Below are positions 59,157 through 64,000 of a DNA stretch of 64,000 bases, in pieces. The notes beneath the pieces were generated by a model, which saw nothing but the letters and a program-made list of their open reading frames with translations, did not search any database and was not told the DNA's origin. The translations under genes and the position numbers were made by a program. This DNA is from an uncultured Methylomirabilota bacterium (GTDB taxonomy: Bacteria > Methylomirabilota > Methylomirabilia > Methylomirabilales > 2-02-FULL-66-22), in contig CAWJSJ010000005.1 of NCBI GenBank assembly GCA_963845565.1, positions 128,001 to 192,000 on the forward strand, read 5' to 3'. Each line of letters opens with the position of its first letter. Within the stretch, counting starts at the first letter, position 1.

Positions 59157-59366
59157 ATGATGAAGTACAAGGAGTACATCGCTAAGGTCGAGTTCGACGA
59201 CAGCGCCGGACTGTTCCACGGGGAGGTCGTCAATCTCCGCGACGTGATCACTTTCGCGGGCAAGACGGGCGGCGAACTGCGAAAGGCATTTCGGGACTCC
59301 GTGAACGATTATCTGGAGTTCTGTAAGGCGCGGTCCGGCTTGACAGAGACGACAGGCAAGGAGTAG
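59157..59366 (+). pseudogene. hicB: Truncated HicB-family antitoxin
   Basis: MKYKEY.AKVEFD...FHGEV..LRDVITF.G....L.KAF.DSV.DYLEFC; C-terminal DNA-binding part absent. Confidence 0.75.
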
Positions 59367-59529
59367 CTTCGGCCGACAGCGGCGGTTCTCCGAAACAAAT
59401 GCGGAGGGCGGTCGGATGAGGTTGGTCAGGGATTGTCAAAGAAGCTACCGCTCGAAAAGACTCTGGGAAGTTCCAAGCGGCCCTCTCGGGTTACCCACCA
59501 AGAGGGCCGTCGTGTTTTGCTCAGTGCCC

Positions 59530-59747
59530 CGGTGGCCATACACCATTCCGAGTTTCAGCGCACACAGCCCACGACTTGGGAGGCAGACCAGGACGCGTGG
59601 CGGGCCGCGCTTGAGCGGTTTGTCGAGCGGGGCCGCAAGGGTGGGCCGTTCGGACCGCACCCGGGCTTCGGGTCTCTTTCCACCAAGGAATGGGGCCGAC
59701 TTGTCTGTCTGCACAACGACCACCACCTGCGGCAGTTCGGGGTCTGA
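59530..59747 (+). pseudogene. C-terminal remnant of a DUF1569/DinB-like protein
   Basis: HPGFG.LS.KEWGRL..LHNDHHLRQFGV; no credible N-terminus. Confidence 0.65.
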
Positions 59748-59802
59748 TATCCACAACCCAGGCTCGGCGCAGCCGCATTGGGCGCGCTGAAGGAACCACC
59801 TC

Positions 59803-60571
59803 ATGGCGATGAAGCGGAAGGTCGTTCGGTTTGCGTGGGAGAACGAGGATTCCCAGGAAGGTTTTGCGGCGTTGGTTCCGTTTCCGGACGCTCAGGCAAG
59901 CGCCAAGGATGTGGATGTCATCGAGGATTTCGTTGGCCTGAACCCGCCGCTGGATGTCTTGGACGTGGGATGCGGAATCGGCCGCCACGCGATTGAGTTC
60001 GCGCGGCGAGGTTACCGCGTGGTCGGGATCGATATCGCCCAAGGGTTCCTCGCTCAAGCGAAAGAGGCCGCGCTGGACGCTAGTGTTGCCGTGGAGTTTC
60101 GCTTTCAGCCTGCGTCCGCGTTGACCGAGAAGGCCCATTTCGATTTCGTGCTGGCGTACTGGCATGTGATCGGATTCATGAGGGACGAGGAGATCAAGAA
60201 ACATTTCTCGGCCATACAGGCGGCGCTCAAGCCAGGCTGCTCATTCCTCTACGTGTTCCAGGGGCCGCGGTTGGTACCGAGCCGAAAAGGGGAGACGGCG
60301 CAGCCCGTCAGGAGCTGGACGGAGAAGGACGGGAAGTTCATCCTCACCGAAAAATCCATTCAGGATGGCGTTCGAGACGAGTATTGCATCGTCATTGACA
60401 CCGACGGCGGCCGAGATCGTCGAGTACCGGGAGCATCAACGCGCACTCGGCTACACGGAAGTGCTCGACTATCTGCAGGGTGCGGGGTTCACATCGGTGA
60501 AGGCGTACAAGGATTTCGCGAAGAACCCGGCCACACCCGAGGAGTTCTCGATCTTCGTCTGCCAGAAGTGA
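59803..60571 (+). CDS. Class I SAM-dependent methyltransferase (frameshift at ~60405)
   Basis: VLDVGCGIGRH, GIDI and LKPG motifs; C-terminus (L..AGF...Y.DF...VCQK) lies in a shifted frame. Confidence 0.85.
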
Positions 60572-60621
60572 GCGTTCAGCCGGGTTCGATGGGCCGGTGC
60601 GCTGCCATCCTCTAGAACGGA

Positions 60622-61242
60622 TTGACCTCATGGGCGTCACGCAAGACCCAGAACCGCCGCGCTCGACCGCAAACGACCACGTATTTTCTCCAGAGCGAGC
60701 GCCTTGGATTCCGCACGTGGTCGGAGGCGGACATTGAACTGGCAATGGGCCTCTGGGGCGACCCCGAGGTGACCAGACTCATCGGGGGACCTTTCTCCAG
60801 GGAGCAAGTGCAGGAGCGGCTCTCCCGAGAGATCGCGACCATGCAGTCGCACGGCATCCAGTATTGGCCTATATTCCTGCTTGCCACGGGCGAGTATGCT
60901 GGGTGCTGCGGGCTGCGTCCCTACAAGTCGGAGGAGGGGATTTGCGAGATTGGGGTCCACCTGCGGAAGGCCTTTTGGGGCCAAGGGTATGCGCCGGAGG
61001 CGACGCAAACAGCGATGGAGTACGCCTTCCACACTCTCGGAGTGAAGGCGCTCTTCGCGGGGCACAATCCCGGCAACGCGGCCTCTCGGCGGGTCCTGGA
61101 GAAACTGGGCTTTCGGTACACGCACGACGAGTATTATCCCCCGACCGGGCTCGACCATCCCTCGTATCTTCTCACAGTTGAGGCGTATGCTCAGAAGCGC
61201 AGAAAGGAATCCAGGTCTCCGGGATCACGCCCATGTGATTGA
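60622..61242 (+). CDS. GNAT N-acetyltransferase (RimJ/RimL-like)
   Basis: SERL, GCCGL, FWGQGYA.E and N.AS..VLEKLGF motifs; start uncertain. Confidence 0.88.
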   Translation: MTSWASRKTQNRRARPQTTTYFLQSERLGFRTWSEADIELAMGLWGDPEVTRLIGGPFSREQVQERLSREIATMQSHGIQYWPIFLLATGEYAGCCGLRPYKSEEGICEIGVHLRKAFWGQGYAPEATQTAMEYAFHTLGVKALFAGHNPGNAASRRVLEKLGFRYTHDEYYPPTGLDHPSYLLTVEAYAQKRRKESRSPGSRPCD

Positions 61243-61627
61243 CTTCCGGAAAATAGGGAGGCTGCCCGGGGTGCCTGGATTTGAAGAGCGGCAAGAATTC
61301 TGCCTGCCCCCCGACCATCCGACCGAGTTGCCGAGTAATCGTCTATCCCATGTCGACCGCTTTGGCCAGGACCGTCACGGATTCATCTCTCCTGAGGCGG
61401 TGCTCTGCATTAGCTCCAGAGGATAGTGGTCGCCCGGAAGACCAAGCACAGACCGGCGCCGGGCCTGTCACGGAACTGTAACATCGTTCGCCGGGCCTTT
61501 GTGCTAGACTCCTTTCTGATCAAGTAATTCCTCGGGACGGAACGGCTCTGGGCGTGCGCCGGTGGCGGGACTGTGGCGATCCCTTTCGCACGGGACCAGC
61601 GGGGCCATACAGAGGCGTGGAGGCTCC

Positions 61628-63229
61628 ATGAGCGCGAACGAGAAAGAGAAAAAGGACCGTGAGCCCCAAGCCCCCGCACAAGTCGTTGGTGGGGTGGACA
61701 TCGGTTCGAATGCGATCCGGTTGGTCGTGGCCGAGGTGCTGCCGGATGGGAGCATCGAAGTTCTCGAAAACCTGCAGAAGGGTATCCGGCTTGGTCAGGA
61801 CGCATTTCGACGCGGCCGGTTGAGCGGTCCGACGATTCGGGCGGCCGTGGGGATCCTCCGGGAGTTTCGCCGGATCCTGGACACGTATCGGCCGGTGCAC
61901 CTGCGCGCGGTTGCGACCAGCGCGGTGCGTGAAGCCGGCAACAGCGACATGTTCCTCGATCGGGTGCTGATGACCACCGGGTTGGAATTGGAGATCCTGG
62001 ATACGGCGGAGGAGAGTCGGTTGACCGTGGCCGGCGTTCGCCGGCATCTCAGTCCGGAGCTGCGCGCCAAGCGGGGCCTGCTCCTGGTTGCGCATGTCGG
62101 CGGGGGCAGCACGTTGCTCACGGTGCTGTCCCAGGGGGAGATCGTCGAATCCCAGAGCCTGCCTATGGGATCCATCCGCATGCGGGAGGGATTGCTGGGA
62201 GGCGGCGAACCTGCCAACCGGGCCGCGGAGATTCTGCGTCAGCATATCTCGAACGTCCTCGGTGCGACGCAGAGCGGTGTCCCCCTGGATCGCATCGGGA
62301 CGTTCATCGCGATCGGAGGCGACGCGCGGTTCGTGGCCCGGCGGATCGGAAAACCGGTCGGCTCGGAAGGCCTGTTCGTGGTGCCTCGGGGCCCCTTTGA
62401 CAAGCTGGCCCGTCAGTGCGAGCGTCAGACCACCGAAGAGCTTTCCCGGACTTTCGAGCTGGAATTTGCGGACGCTGAAACGCTCAACCCGGCGCTCATG
62501 GTCTACCGGGCGCTGCTTGACTCCACGCAAGCCGCCGAACTGTTCGTCTCGCAGGTGTCCATGCGGAACGGCCTGCTGCTGGACTTGGCCAGTCGGGTCA
62601 CCGGCAAGGAGGACGAGGCACTGGCAAAAGGGATCGTGCGGTCGGCGCAGGCTGTGGCGCGAAAATACCGCGCAGATCGTCGCCACGCCCAGGCCGTGGC
62701 CGATCTGGCGATCCGCCTCTTTGATGAACTGCTGCCGGAACATGGCTTGAACCCGCGCCACCGACTGCTTCTCCGAGTGGCGGCGCTCCTGCACGAGGTC
62801 GGAGGCTTCGTCAGTAACCGCTCCCACCACAAACACAGCTACTACTTGATCGCCAATGCCGAGATTTTCGGCCTGAGCCGCGAGGAACACCTCCTGGTCG
62901 CCCATGCGGCCCGCTACCACCGCCGGGCCGCCCCACAGCCCGCCCATCTGGATTACATGGCTCTGACACGCGACAAGCGCATCGTCGTCAGTAAGCTGGC
63001 GGCCCTCCTGCGGGTCGCGGACGCCTTGGATCGAGCCCACGCCGCGCAGGTGCGGGATTTCCGTTGCGAACGGAACGACGACGAGTTGGTCCTGAGCATC
63101 CCGGGCGTGTCCGATCTCACCCTGGAGCGTCAGGCCGTCCAGCAGAAATCCGATCTGTTCACGGACATCTTCGGATTCAAGATCCGCCTGGAAGAAGAGC
63201 GCGCGGCGGCTGTCGCTCTCCCGGCGTGA
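61628..63229 (+). CDS. ppx: Exopolyphosphatase / Ppx-GppA family with HD domain
   Basis: DIGSNAIR, ATSAVREA, GGGS, LLHEVG and LRVADALD motifs. Confidence 0.9.
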   Translation: MSANEKEKKDREPQAPAQVVGGVDIGSNAIRLVVAEVLPDGSIEVLENLQKGIRLGQDAFRRGRLSGPTIRAAVGILREFRRILDTYRPVHLRAVATSAVREAGNSDMFLDRVLMTTGLELEILDTAEESRLTVAGVRRHLSPELRAKRGLLLVAHVGGGSTLLTVLSQGEIVESQSLPMGSIRMREGLLGGGEPANRAAEILRQHISNVLGATQSGVPLDRIGTFIAIGGDARFVARRIGKPVGSEGLFVVPRGPFDKLARQCERQTTEELSRTFELEFADAETLNPALMVYRALLDSTQAAELFVSQVSMRNGLLLDLASRVTGKEDEALAKGIVRSAQAVARKYRADRRHAQAVADLAIRLFDELLPEHGLNPRHRLLLRVAALLHEVGGFVSNRSHHKHSYYLIANAEIFGLSREEHLLVAHAARYHRRAAPQPAHLDYMALTRDKRIVVSKLAALLRVADALDRAHAAQVRDFRCERNDDELVLSIPGVSDLTLERQAVQQKSDLFTDIFGFKIRLEEERAAAVALPA

Positions 63230-63278
63230 ATCCATCCCTGGCGCATGCGCGGCACATCGGAGGAAAGCGGAGAATCCC

Positions 63279-64000
63279 ATGGCAAAGGTCGATCTCGACA
63301 ATCCGGAGATCTACATCAATCGCGAGCTCAGCTGGCTCGAGTTCAACGACCGGGTTCTGCGAGAGGGGTTGGCGGAAGAGTTGCCGCTTCTGGAGCGCCT
63401 GAAGTTCCTGGCCATCGTCAGCTCGAACCTGGATGAGTTCTTCATGGTCCGGGTGGCCGGCCTGCTCCAGCAGAGGGCAGCGGGTGTGCGCCGCCGGGAT
63501 CCTAGCGGCATGAGTCCCGGTCAGCAACTCGAGCAGATCGGCCGGCGCACCCATCGGATGGTTGCGGAGCAGGGAGAAGGGATCGCTCGCGTGCTCGGAC
63601 TCTTGCGCGAGCGGGGACTCGACGTTCTGGAGCCGCAGGCGTGGACGCCTTCGCAGCGGACCTTCCTGCGGGACCACTTCGCCGCCGAGATTCTCCCCGT
63701 TCTGACGCCGCTGGCGGTTCAGGATCTCGACCCGACGCCGCTGCTGCCCGGCCTCCAACTCCTGGTGGCGGTCGTCGTGGAGGCGAAGGGGGCGGAGCCC
63801 CCGTGGCGGATCGTGGTGGTGCCGCAGCCCACGCCTTGGTCCCGTTTCCTGGCGGTTCCCGCGGAGGCGGGGGTGAAGCTTGCCCGTCTCGAACACGTCA
63901 TCGTCGCCAATCTGGATCTGCTCTTTCCCGGCGTCGCGATTCAGGGCACGGGGCTCTTCCGTGTCACGCGGGATGCCGATGTACCCATCCGGGACGACGA
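63279..64000 (+). CDS. ppk1: Polyphosphate kinase 1 (3'-partial)
   Basis: INRELSWLEFNDRVL, PLLERLKFLAIVSSNLDEFFMVRVAG and FRVTRDAD motifs. Confidence 0.95.
   Translation, partial: MAKVDLDNPEIYINRELSWLEFNDRVLREGLAEELPLLERLKFLAIVSSNLDEFFMVRVAGLLQQRAAGVRRRDPSGMSPGQQLEQIGRRTHRMVAEQGEGIARVLGLLRERGLDVLEPQAWTPSQRTFLRDHFAAEILPVLTPLAVQDLDPTPLLPGLQLLVAVVVEAKGAEPPWRIVVVPQPTPWSRFLAVPAEAGVKLARLEHVIVANLDLLFPGVAIQGTGLFRVTRDADVPIRDD

Noticed and set aside
61242..61500. Possible gene remnant on the minus strand
   Set aside because: No recognisable motif; insufficient evidence

Overview
High-GC bacterial window. The gene content and repeat style resemble Methylomirabilota/Rokubacteria-type metagenome bins, but that is inference only. 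Housekeeping genes sit at both ends: pyrD, an aminotransferase, malic enzyme and nth on the left; ppx and ppk1 on the right. Between them (~6.7-59 kb) is a dense organic-acid/acid-sugar catabolic region. It contains a DUF1537 kinase, a Zn-dehydrogenase, a fused E1 alpha/beta, a racemase-fold protein, a split transketolase, two TRAP, one TTT and two CUT1 ABC transporters, two SDRs, a divergent IadA-like amidohydrolase, a beta-decarboxylating dehydrogenase, DUF6282, PdxA2, IclR-gcl-glcDEF, a second glcDF-like pair, an RraA/HMG aldolase, and Gfo/Idh and Ldh_2 dehydrogenases. At least ten genes carry frameshifts. The isolated ones each resolve as one extra base and are probably sequencing errors. 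At ~23.13 kb two convergent genes are joined head-on, and both are truncated. Intergenic DNA carries several non-autonomous repeat families: a ~130-150 bp MITE (4 copies plus a remnant), a ~50 bp GGAGCC TIR element (2 copies), a TAA/TAG-bounded palindrome pair, a small hairpin nested inside the MITE, and 6-8-mer tandem arrays. I recognised no rRNA, tRNA, CRISPR array, transposase or phage gene. The best novelty candidates are uncharacterised catabolic operons whose enzymes have altered active-site residues, and the nested repeat system.
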